Origin: Candidatus Saccharimonadota bacterium
GTDB lineage: Bacteria > Pseudomonadota > Gammaproteobacteria > Enterobacterales > Enterobacteriaceae
NCBI GenBank assembly: GCA_049942965.1
Contig: CP188088.1
Location: 180,001-212,000 of the forward strand
DNA: 32,000 nucleotides
Reading direction: 5' to 3'
This document shows positions 10,458-19,524 of the stretch, in pieces. Made by a program: the position numbers and the translations under genes. Below the pieces are notes generated by a model. That model searched no databases. It worked only from the letters and a program-made list of their open reading frames with translations, and was not told the origin of the DNA. Position 1 is the stretch's first letter, and each line of letters opens with the position of its first letter.

Positions 10458-11488
10458 TTAAAAATTAAAGTTTATTTCTTTTTTGTTTAAAGTAAAAATT
10501 AATATTGATTTTATCGTATGTAATTTATTTATAGACTGTTCAAGAATAATTTTTTTGTTTTTTTGAAAAACTTCATCAGTAATTTCAATTCCATGTTTTA
10601 ATCCAAAATTTTTTATAATTTTTTTTCCTAACGTTGTTTTCAAGTCGTGTAAGGCAGGTAGACAATGAAGAATTTTTATTTGTGGATTGTTTGTTAATTC
10701 TAACATAGAATTATTTATTTGATATTTTTTTAATAGTGATATTTTTTCTTCCCATATTTCTAATTTTTCATTCATAGAAACCCAAACATCTGTATAGATA
10801 AAATCTACTTGATTAATTCCTTTTTCTATATTTTCAGTACATATTATGTTTTTGTTATCAAAATTATTATTTTTTTTAATTTTATGTAAAAAAGAAGGTT
10901 CAGGCCAGTATTTTTTTGGAGCTATAATTCTTAAATTAAATCCAATTAAATTTGAAGCTTCAATTAAAGAATTACTGATGTTGTTTTTTGCATCTCCAAC
11001 ATATGCGCAAGTTATTTCTTCTATTTTTTTGTTTTTAGGTAAATTTTCTTGAATTGTAAGTAAATCTGCTAATAATTGAGTAGGATGGAACTTATTTGTA
11101 AGTGCATTTAATACTGGTATTTTTGAAAGTTTTGAAAATGTTTCTATTGATTCATGTCTATTTCCTCGAAAAACAATTAGATCATATAAACTACTTAATA
11201 TTTCTGTAGTATCTTCTATTGATTCTTTATAGTTTAAATGAGTATCTTTTGGACCTAAATATGTGATATTTGCTCCTTGTTCAAATGATGCAACTTCAAA
11301 AGAACACCTCGTTCTAGTAGATTCTTTTTCAAAAATTAAAACAATTTTTTTATTTTTAAGTATTTTTTTTTTATTTATTTTTTTTTTTTTTTTTTTTTTA
11401 AAAAAGAAGCAAGATCAATTATTTTTTTTATTTCAGAAACAGAATAATCAGATAATTTTAAAAAATTTTTTTTGTATAAAGTATTCAA
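10458..11488 (-). pseudogene. argI: Ornithine carbamoyltransferase, full length but frameshifted once inside a 22-nt poly(A) tract (possibly rescued by slippage)
   Basis: I translated the minus strand by hand. The TTG start at 11488 (GGAG 8 nt upstream) gives [37 protein letters not shown], then TAA. The adjacent frame is open from the tract to the stop at 10458. It encodes [18 protein letters not shown]...[14 protein letters not shown]...[10 protein letters not shown]...[18 protein letters not shown]...[11 protein letters not shown], colinear with E. coli ArgI. The ORF track shows only the last 105 aa because that frame has no ATG further upstream. Confidence 0.85.
11378..11399 (-). repeat. 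Homopolymer: A22 on the argI coding strand (T22 on + strand); site of the argI frameshift
   Basis: Direct count of the T run from 11378 to 11399, confirmed by the antisense ORF-track peptide ...[13 protein letters not shown] (7 Phe codons plus the TTA). A length of 23 or 20 would keep argI in frame. Confidence 0.95.
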
Positions 11489-11640
11489 AAAAATTTCTCC
11501 TTTTTTTTGATTTATTTTTTTTTTGTTTTATTTAAATTTTCTTTTTTAAAAGATACTTTTTTATTATACTTATAAATAATGTATGAAATTTAATTCAATG
11601 ATTAAAAATCAATTAATTATACGATAAAAATGAGAAATTT

Positions 11641-13152
11641 ATGAAATTTTTTGTTAAAAATATAGATTTTAATAAAATTAGAACTGATTGTATTTTATTG
11701 GGCGTATTTAAAAACTCGAAAGAACAACTAAAAAATGGTTATTTATCTAAATTAGATATTTTTTTAAATGGAAAAATTAGTTTTTTATTTAATAAAGAAG
11801 GTTTTTCTGGAGAATTCAATCAAACTTTATTAATTAATGATTATAATGACTCGTCTTTCAAACGAATATTATTAATAGGATGTGGAAATTTTGAGAAATT
11901 TAATAATGTTCGTTATGAAAAAATAATAAGAAACAGCATTAAAATAATAAAATCGACTAATTCTTTAAATTTATTATTTTTTTTAAATGAATTAAAAGTA
12001 AAAAATAAAAATATGTATTGGAAAATACGATTAGCTATAAAGTATATAGAAGACGAATTATATGTTTTTTCAGATTTTAAAAAATCTTTAAAAGAAAAAA
12101 AAAACATTCTTTCAAAAATAACATTTAGTAGTATTTCGAAAAGATGCATAAATGAGATAATTCTAGCTATTAAACATGGTGTTTCAATTTCTGAAGGTGT
12201 AAAAATATCAAAAGATATTAGCAATTTACCTCCAAATATATGTACTCCAACTTATTTATCTAATAAATCTAGAGAATTGTTTGAATTTTCTAAATCTAAA
12301 TTTTCTATAGAAATTCTTAATGAAATAGATCTAAAAAAAAATGGTATGAATGCATATTTAGCAGTTGGTTCTGGTTCTAAAAATGAATCACTAATGACTA
12401 TCATTAGATATAAAAATAGTAGAAAACAAGAAGAAAAACCAATTGTTTTAATTGGAAAAGGTGTTACTTTTGATTCTGGAGGAATATCTTTAAAACCATC
12501 TAATAATATGCATCGAATGAAATATGATATGAGCGGAGCAGCTTCAATATATGGGGTTTTATTTGCAGTTATGAAATTATCTTTGCCAATTAATATCATA
12601 GGAATAATAGCAAGTTGCGAAAATATGCCAAGTGAAAATTCTTTTCGTCCAGGTGATATATTAACTACTATGTCAAAAAAAACAGTAGAAGTATTAAATA
12701 CTGATGCTGAAGGAAGATTGGTTTTATGCGATGTATTAACTTATATAGAAAGATTTAATCCACGTTTAGTCATAGATATTGCAACTTTAACAGGAGCATG
12801 CATTGTAGCGTTAGGAACAGAGATTACTGGTTTAATGAGTAATAATTCTAATTTAGCAAAACAATTATTAATTTCAGGTGAACAATCTGGGGACAAATTG
12901 TGGGAATTGCCTATTCTAGAAGAATCAAAAAAAGATCTAAATTCCAGCATTGCAGATATTACGAATGTTTCTAAAAATGGAGTAGCAGGTGGTGCAATAA
13001 CTGCAGCTTATTTTCTTTCTCTGTTTTGCAAAAAATATAAGTGGGCTCATTTAGATATTGCTGGAACAGCGTATTCAATATTAAAAGATAGTGCTACAGG
13101 GAGACCAGTTGATTTATTAGTACAATTTTTAATAAATAAAATTAATAATTAA
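11641..13152 (+). CDS. pepA: Leucyl/cytosol aminopeptidase PepA
   Basis: 503-aa ORF, the same length I recall for E. coli PepA. M17 peptidase motifs are present: GKGVTFDSGGISLKP, NTDAEGRLVLCD and TLTGACIVALG. Confidence 0.93.
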   Translation: MKFFVKNIDFNKIRTDCILLGVFKNSKEQLKNGYLSKLDIFLNGKISFLFNKEGFSGEFNQTLLINDYNDSSFKRILLIGCGNFEKFNNVRYEKIIRNSIKIIKSTNSLNLLFFLNELKVKNKNMYWKIRLAIKYIEDELYVFSDFKKSLKEKKNILSKITFSSISKRCINEIILAIKHGVSISEGVKISKDISNLPPNICTPTYLSNKSRELFEFSKSKFSIEILNEIDLKKNGMNAYLAVGSGSKNESLMTIIRYKNSRKQEEKPIVLIGKGVTFDSGGISLKPSNNMHRMKYDMSGAASIYGVLFAVMKLSLPINIIGIIASCENMPSENSFRPGDILTTMSKKTVEVLNTDAEGRLVLCDVLTYIERFNPRLVIDIATLTGACIVALGTEITGLMSNNSNLAKQLLISGEQSGDKLWELPILEESKKDLNSSIADITNVSKNGVAGGAITAAYFLSLFCKKYKWAHLDIAGTAYSILKDSATGRPVDLLVQFLINKINN

Positions 13153-13243
13153 TTTTATTTAGTATGATTAAAAAAAATTTTTTTCTTATTTTATCATAAT
13201 TAGTTTTTTTAAAATTTATTTAATATATTTATAGGTAATGAAC

Positions 13244-15886
13244 ATGAAAACAAAATTTGTACCAAAAAATATAGAAAGTTATTTATATGATTTTTGGGAG
13301 AAAAAAAAGTTTTTTTCTCCAAATTATAAAAATGAAGAAGGAAATTTTTGTATTGTAATTCCTCCTCCAAATATTACTGGAGAATTGCATATGGGACATG
13401 CTTTTCAACAAACTTTAATGGACATAATAATAAGATATCAACGAATAAAAGGAAAAAATACATTTTGGCAAACAGGAACTGATCATGCTGGAATTGCTAC
13501 TCAAGTTCTAATTGAAAAAAAATTTTTTAAATTAAAAGAGAATAGAAAAGAGAATAACAAGAAAAAATTAATAAAAAAAATTTGGGAATGGAAAAAAAAA
13601 CTCAATTTTAAAATAAATAATCAAATGCGTTGTTTGGGAAATTCCATAGATTGGAGTAAAGAAAGATTTACTTTAGATAAAGATATGTCAATAGCAGTAC
13701 GAAAATCTTTCATAAAATTGTATAAAAACAAATTAATTTATAAGAGCAAAAAATTATCTAACTGGGATGTATCTTTAAGAACAGTAATTTCTGATTTAGA
13801 AGTTGAGTATAGACAAGTATCAAGTAAAATGTGGAATATATGTTATCCTATTGTTAAAGACAATATAAATAATGAACAAGAATTTTTGGTTATTTCTACT
13901 ACTCGTCCTGAAACATTGTTTGGAGATGTGGCGATTTCTGTACATCCGAATGATATTCGTTATAAAAAATATATTGGTAAATTTGTTTGCGTTCCTTTAA
14001 CAAATAGGATAGTTCCAATCATTTCAGATAATGAAATAGATGTAAACAAAGGTACTGGTTGCGTAAAAATAACTCCAGCTCATGATTTTAAGGATTATGA
14101 AATAGCTAAAAGAAACAATTTACCAATGATTAATATATTTAAAAAAAATGGAAAATTAAGGAGTTCATTACAATTTTTTGATTCACATGGTGATCAATTA
14201 TTTGATGTGAATTTTTTTATTCCTTTGATTTTTAAAAATTTAAATCGATATGAACTTAGAAAAAAAGTTATTTTTGAAATTAATAAACTAGGTTTATTAA
14301 AAGAAGAAAAAATAATACAAAATGTTGTTCCATATGGAGATCGAACTGGAACTATTATTGAACCTATGTTAACAGATCAATGGTATTTAAACACTAAACC
14401 ATTGTCTATATTAGCAATAAAATCTGTAAAAAAAGGAAATATACAATTTATTCCAGATAAATATAAAAATGTTTTTTTTTCTTGGATGGAAAATATTAAT
14501 GATTGGTGTATTTCTAGACAGTTATGGTGGGGACATCAAATTCCTGTTTGGTACGATGAAAAAAACAATATTTATGTTGGAAACGATGAGAATGAAATTA
14601 GAGAAAAGTATAAAATTTCTAAAGACATAACTTTAACTCAAGAAAAAGATGTATTAGATACTTGGTTTTCTTCTGGATTGTGGTGTTTTGCTTCTTTAGG
14701 ATGGCCTAAACAGACAGATTTATTTAAAAACTTTTATCCAACGGATGTTTTAGTGACTGGTTTTGATATTATTTTTTTTTGGGTTTCTAGAATGATTCTT
14801 TTAAGTACATATCTTGTTAAAGATAAATGTGGAAATTCTCAAGTTCCATTTAAAAAAGTTATAGTTACTGGTTTGATTAGAGATGAATTTGGTAAAAAAA
14901 TGTCGAAATCACAAGGTAATGTTATTGATCCTTTAGATATTATACATGGAATTTCTTTATCTGATTTAATAAAAAAACGAACTAAATTTATTTCTAATAA
15001 AGAAACTATACAATCAATTTCTAATTTTATTAAATTTAATTTTCCTAATGGTATTGAAGCTTTTGGTACAGATTCTTTAAGGTTCTATTTTTCTTTTTTA
15101 TCTACTCCTAAACAAGATATTAATTGGAATTATTCTAGATTAAAGTTTTGTAAAAATTTTTGTACTAAATTATGGAATGCTAGTCGATTTGTATTTATTT
15201 ATATTAAAGAGATAAACATAAATACAGAAAATAAAAAAATAAATTTATCTTTTCCTGATCAGTGGATTTTAATTGAATTAAACGAATTAATAAAAAAATA
15301 TGATTTTGAAATGAAAAACTATCGTTTTGATGTAGTGGCTCAAAATTTATATGATTTTTTTTGGAATAAATTTTGTGATTGGTATTTAGAATTTTCTAAA
15401 ATTATTAGAATAAATCAAAAAAAAATAGAATTAGAGGGGACAAGATACTCTCTAAAAAAAGTCTTATTAGCTATATTGATTTTATTACATCCTATTATTC
15501 CATACATCACTGAGTATATTTGGAAAGAAATGAAAAAAATAGATTCTGTTCATGATAAAGAATCAATTTTAGAAGAATCGTTTCCTAGTGTTTTTTCTAT
15601 TGATGCTAATGAAAAAATTATTAAACAAGAAATGGATTGGTTTCAAAAAAAAATTATTGAATTAAGAAATATTAGAATTAAAAGTCATTTTCATCCTAAA
15701 GACATGGTTTTTTTATATTTAAAAAATATTGATTGTAAAAACAAAAAATATTTTGAAAAATATGAAAATTATCTAAAAAAAATGTCTTTTTTAGAAGAAA
15801 TTTTATTTTTATCTGATGAAAAAATGGAATTTAATAATAAATTTAAAAAAATAGATGGTGCAGAATGTCTTATGTTAAAAAAATAG
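13244..15886 (+). CDS. valS: Valine--tRNA ligase (C-terminal coiled-coil domain missing)
   Basis: Class I synthetase motifs are present: PPPNITGELHMGH (HIGH) and KMSKSQGN (KMSKS). The sequence is colinear with E. coli ValS to about ...KKIDGAECLM and then stops. The ORF track starts at 13238. ATG 13244 aligns better with the E. coli N-terminus (MKTKFVPKNIE vs MEKTYNPQDIE) and has better spacing from the AGG at 13233-13235. Confidence 0.93.
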   Translation: MKTKFVPKNIESYLYDFWEKKKFFSPNYKNEEGNFCIVIPPPNITGELHMGHAFQQTLMDIIIRYQRIKGKNTFWQTGTDHAGIATQVLIEKKFFKLKENRKENNKKKLIKKIWEWKKKLNFKINNQMRCLGNSIDWSKERFTLDKDMSIAVRKSFIKLYKNKLIYKSKKLSNWDVSLRTVISDLEVEYRQVSSKMWNICYPIVKDNINNEQEFLVISTTRPETLFGDVAISVHPNDIRYKKYIGKFVCVPLTNRIVPIISDNEIDVNKGTGCVKITPAHDFKDYEIAKRNNLPMINIFKKNGKLRSSLQFFDSHGDQLFDVNFFIPLIFKNLNRYELRKKVIFEINKLGLLKEEKIIQNVVPYGDRTGTIIEPMLTDQWYLNTKPLSILAIKSVKKGNIQFIPDKYKNVFFSWMENINDWCISRQLWWGHQIPVWYDEKNNIYVGNDENEIREKYKISKDITLTQEKDVLDTWFSSGLWCFASLGWPKQTDLFKNFYPTDVLVTGFDIIFFWVSRMILLSTYLVKDKCGNSQVPFKKVIVTGLIRDEFGKKMSKSQGNVIDPLDIIHGISLSDLIKKRTKFISNKETIQSISNFIKFNFPNGIEAFGTDSLRFYFSFLSTPKQDINWNYSRLKFCKNFCTKLWNASRFVFIYIKEININTENKKINLSFPDQWILIELNELIKKYDFEMKNYRFDVVAQNLYDFFWNKFCDWYLEFSKIIRINQKKIELEGTRYSLKKVLLAILILLHPIIPYITEYIWKEMKKIDSVHDKESILEESFPSVFSIDANEKIIKQEMDWFQKKIIELRNIRIKSHFHPKDMVFLYLKNIDCKNKKYFEKYENYLKKMSFLEEILFLSDEKMEFNNKFKKIDGAECLMLKK

Positions 15887-16003
15887 AAGTAAGAAACTAA
15901 ACAATATTGATTTTTAAAAAACAAATTTTTTATAATTTTAGTTAATTATTGTTTATTAAATTTTTGTTTATTTATTTTAATTTTGTTTAAGGAAATCATT
16001 CAA

Positions 16004-16978
16004 ATGAAAAATTTACATAATTTAGTTGAAAGAAAAATACTTAAAAAAAAAATTATGGCCAAAAAAGAAGAAAGAATAGTAGTTTCATTTTATAAATATT
16101 TTCATGTATCCGATATTTTTAATTTTCGTAATAATTTATATAAATTACTATTGTTCTTTAATGTTTTAGGAAGAGTGTATGTATCTAAAGAAGGAATTAA
16201 TTCTCAAATTAGTGTACCGAAAACACAATATTTAAATTTTAAAAAACAAATTCAGAATTTTAATGTTTCTTTGAAAAAAATACATTTTAATACAAGTCAA
16301 ATAAATTATTTAGTTGAACCATTTTGGCTATTAGTTGTAAAAATAAAAACAAAAATTGTCTCTGATGGAATTTCAAATAAAAATTTCAATTTTTTAAAAA
16401 ATAAAGGTTTTTATATAAATGCAGAAGAATTCAATTCAATGTATGTTTCTAATAAAAAAAAAAATGATTCAATTTTTCTTGATATGAGAAATTCTTATGA
16501 ACATGCGATTGGTCGATTTGAAAATTCTATAAATATTTCAAAAAGAACTTTTAAAGATCAAATGAAAAATATTGTTAGTTTTTTAAATCCTTATAAAGAT
16601 AAGAAAATAATAATGTATTGTACAGGTGGAATTAGATGTGAAAAAGCTACTGCATGGATAAAATATCATGGATTTAAACATGTTTATCAATTAAAAAATG
16701 GAATTATTGGGTATTATAATGAAACAAAGAAAAAAAAATTACCAATGTATTTTAAGGGAAAAAATTTTGTTTTTGATGCTAGAATGGGAGAAAAAATTAC
16801 AGATGATTTATTTACAAATTGTAAAATTTGTAAATCACCATCAAATAATTATATTAATTGTAGTTATGAGAGTTGTCATGTTCTTTTTATTCAATGTTTA
16901 CAGTGTTTTAATAAAATGAAAGGTTTTTGTTCTGAAATTTGTTTTTCTAAATTAAAAAATAATAAAAATTTGAAATAA
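16004..16978 (+). CDS. trhO: Rhodanese-domain tRNA uridine(34) hydroxylase TrhO (YceA / UPF0176 family)
   Basis: The ORF contains ISFYKYF-like VVSFYKYF, GRVYVSKEGINSQISVP, the active-site loop MYCTGGIRCEKA, and a C-terminal Cys-rich segment. The track ORF begins at TTG 15983. ATG 16004 (MKNLHNL...) aligns with the E. coli YceA N-terminus (MPVLHNR...) and has AAGGAAA upstream. Confidence 0.85.
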   Translation: MKNLHNLVERKILKKKIMAKKEERIVVSFYKYFHVSDIFNFRNNLYKLLLFFNVLGRVYVSKEGINSQISVPKTQYLNFKKQIQNFNVSLKKIHFNTSQINYLVEPFWLLVVKIKTKIVSDGISNKNFNFLKNKGFYINAEEFNSMYVSNKKKNDSIFLDMRNSYEHAIGRFENSINISKRTFKDQMKNIVSFLNPYKDKKIIMYCTGGIRCEKATAWIKYHGFKHVYQLKNGIIGYYNETKKKKLPMYFKGKNFVFDARMGEKITDDLFTNCKICKSPSNNYINCSYESCHVLFIQCLQCFNKMKGFCSEICFSKLKNNKNLK

Positions 16979-17942
16979 AATTTTTTAAAAAAATATTAAA
17001 TTTAATTTTTAGTTTTTTTAATTAGAATTTTTTTATAATGAAAATTACTTTAAAAAAATTGGGTTTTTAATCTTCTAATTTTTTAAAAAAGTTATATAAA
17101 TTTTAATTTTTTTTCAGTACAAATAAATTTTTATTTAAGTTATTGTTTTTATTTTTAGATTTTTTATTTTTAATTTTTATAAAAAATTTAAAAAAATATA
17201 TTTTTTAAAATATTTTTCACATTTAGTTTTAATTATTTTTTTGATTTTCATAACTGATATTTTTATTTACAAAAATTTAAGAAAATTAATAATAAGCTTT
17301 TTAAAATTAATTTATATGAATCATTTTTTTTTTAATTTTAATCTTTAATTAAAATTATTTAATTTTTAATTTTTATAAAAATTATCAAAATTATTTAGTT
17401 TGTTTTATTTTTTTTTTTTTGTTTATGATGAAATTTTCATTTTTTAATTAAAATTTTTATTTTTATTTAAAAAATAGTTAAATATTTTTTTTTAAATAAT
17501 TAATTTATTTTTTTATTTTTGTTGTTTTTTTTTGTTTTTTTTTTGTCTTTATTAAAAAAAAATATTTTGTTAGTTATTTATTACATTAAAACAAATTTTA
17601 TTCCTAAAATTTAAATTATCTTATTTTTTTTTGATATTTTAATATTTAAAAAATTTTATTTTTTTTAAAATAGTCATATTTATTTACATATGAATAATTA
17701 ATTTAATTAACTATATTAGTTAGTATAATTAATTGGAAAAAATTAGTCTATTGTTTAATTTTTAAAATTTATTTTATTTTAAATAATTTTAGTTTTTTAT
17801 TTATATTAAAAACATTTATTTAATTCTATTTTTTTAGACATTTATATATATAAAATATATTTTTAATGTTTTTGTGAAGTTTTGTAGGATTAATTTTATT
17901 AATAATGTATATATATTATATAATGTTTATATGGGAAAATTT

Positions 17943-19340
17943 ATGTTAATAGTTTCCGCAATAGAAATACAAAATGATGAAGTTAAAATAGGTGAATTAA
18001 TTACTATTAATGGATGGGTTCGATCAAGAAGAGATTCTAAATTAGGTTTTTCTTTCATAGATGTTAATGATGGATCTTCTTGCAATCCAATTCAATGTAT
18101 TGCTCATAATAATTTAAAAAATTATTATGAAGATGTATTAAAACTAACAATAGGTTGTTCAGTAACTATTATAGGAAATTTATTTTTATCTTCTGGAAAA
18201 AAACAAAAATATGAAATTATTGTAAATACAATTAAAATATTAGGTTTTGTAAACAATCCAGATAGATATCCTGTTTCTTCTAAAAATCATACAGTTGAAC
18301 ATTTAAGAAATGTAGTTCATTTACGAGCAAGAACTAATTTGATAGGTTCAATATCTAGAATAAGAGATTTTGTTTCACATTCTTTACGATCTTTTTTATA
18401 TAAAAATAAATACATTTGGATTCCTACTCCTATTATTACTAGTATAGATTCAGAAGGATTAGGAAAAATGTTCCGTGTATCTACCTTAGATTTTTATAAT
18501 TTTCCAAAAGGAAATAATGGAAAAATAGATTTTAAAAAAGATTTTTTTGGAAAAGAATCTTTTCTTACTGTTTCTGGTCAATTAAGTTTAGAAACTTATG
18601 CTTGTTCTTTATCAAAGGTATATACATTTGGACCTACTTTTCGTGCAGAAAACTCAAATACTAGTCGTCATTTAGCTGAATTTTGGATGTTAGAAATAGA
18701 ACAGTCTTTTTTAAATTTAGATCAAATAATTCAATTTTCTGAAAAAATGCTAAAACAATTGATTAATGCAACATTAAAAAATTGTCATCAAGACATTAAA
18801 TTTTTAGAATTAAGATCAAAAAAAGAAATTTTTTCTAAATTAAATTATTTCTTAGATAACGATTTTATTAAAAAGGATTATTCAGAAATAATAGAAATTT
18901 TAAATTTTTCTAAAAAATTTAAAGAAAAAATTAATTTTGGAATAGATTTATCTTCTGAACATGAAAAATATATTTTAAATTATTATTCTAACGTTCCAAT
19001 AATTATTAAAAATCATCCAAAAAAAATAAAAGCTTTTTATATGAAATTAAATTATGATAACAAAACTGTTGCTTCTTTTGATTTGTTATTACCGGGAGTA
19101 GGGGAAGTAATTGGAGGATCAGAAAGAGAAGAAAGAATTGATAAACTAAAATTGAGATTGAAAGAAATAGGGATGTCGTTTCAAGATTATCATTGGTATT
19201 TAGATCTTAGAAAATATGGTACCGTTCCTCATTCTGGTTTTGGAATGGGTTTTGAGCGATTTCTATCTTATATTACTAACATTACTAATGTTAGAGATTT
19301 AATTCCTTTTCCTAGAACTGCTAAAAATTCTCTTTTTTAA
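17943..19340 (+). CDS. asnS: Asparagine--tRNA ligase
   Basis: Colinear with E. coli AsnS from MLIVSAIEIQ.. (vs MSVVPVADVLQ..) through GWVRSRRDSK, FRVSTL, FGPTFRAENSNTSRHLAEFWMLE and GGSEREER to FPRTAKNSLF. The track ORF starts at GTG 17874. ATG 17943 gives 465 aa, close to the E. coli length. Confidence 0.93.
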   Translation: MLIVSAIEIQNDEVKIGELITINGWVRSRRDSKLGFSFIDVNDGSSCNPIQCIAHNNLKNYYEDVLKLTIGCSVTIIGNLFLSSGKKQKYEIIVNTIKILGFVNNPDRYPVSSKNHTVEHLRNVVHLRARTNLIGSISRIRDFVSHSLRSFLYKNKYIWIPTPIITSIDSEGLGKMFRVSTLDFYNFPKGNNGKIDFKKDFFGKESFLTVSGQLSLETYACSLSKVYTFGPTFRAENSNTSRHLAEFWMLEIEQSFLNLDQIIQFSEKMLKQLINATLKNCHQDIKFLELRSKKEIFSKLNYFLDNDFIKKDYSEIIEILNFSKKFKEKINFGIDLSSEHEKYILNYYSNVPIIIKNHPKKIKAFYMKLNYDNKTVASFDLLLPGVGEVIGGSEREERIDKLKLRLKEIGMSFQDYHWYLDLRKYGTVPHSGFGMGFERFLSYITNITNVRDLIPFPRTAKNSLF

Positions 19341-19398
19341 AATAAAAAAATAAAGATATAACAATATTTTAAAAAAAAAATATTTGTTTTTTTGATAA

Positions 19399-19444
19399 AA
19401 TAAACTATATTGGTTTTAGTTTAAAACAGTTTATTATTTTTTTT
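19399..19444 (+). terminator. Candidate asnS terminator (two-tier AT-rich hairpin followed by T8)
   Basis: The outer stem AATAAACT (19399-19406) pairs with AGTTTATT (19428-19435). The inner stem GTTTT (19413-19417) pairs with AAAAC (19423-19427) around a 5-nt loop. The sequence then runs A + T8 (19437-19444), about 60 nt after the asnS stop. The stem is AT-rich, so the call is weak. Confidence 0.3.
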
Positions 19445-19524
19445 AAATTATTTTTTAGAATAACAAATATAGAAATGTTGATTTTTTTTTTAAATATAAC
19501 ATAATGGTAAAATAATACATTCTT

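Noticed and set aside
11263-11535. 90-aa + strand ORF containing FFFFFFF, and the 68-aa ORF at 10846..11052
   Set aside because: These are the antisense shadow of argI. The poly-Phe is simply the T22 tract read on the wrong strand.
16698-16919. 73-aa same-strand alternative-frame ORF inside trhO
   Set aside because: It is fully nested in a conserved gene, has no ribosome-binding site, and shows no similarity to anything I recognise.
17160-17385. Repeated roughly 16-mer TTAATTTTTATAAAAA (near 17170 and near 17365) in the large spacer, suggesting tandem or dispersed repeats
   Set aside because: In about 900 bp of almost pure A/T, a few exact 16-mer coincidences are expected by chance. There is no periodic array and no CRISPR-like repeat-spacer organisation.
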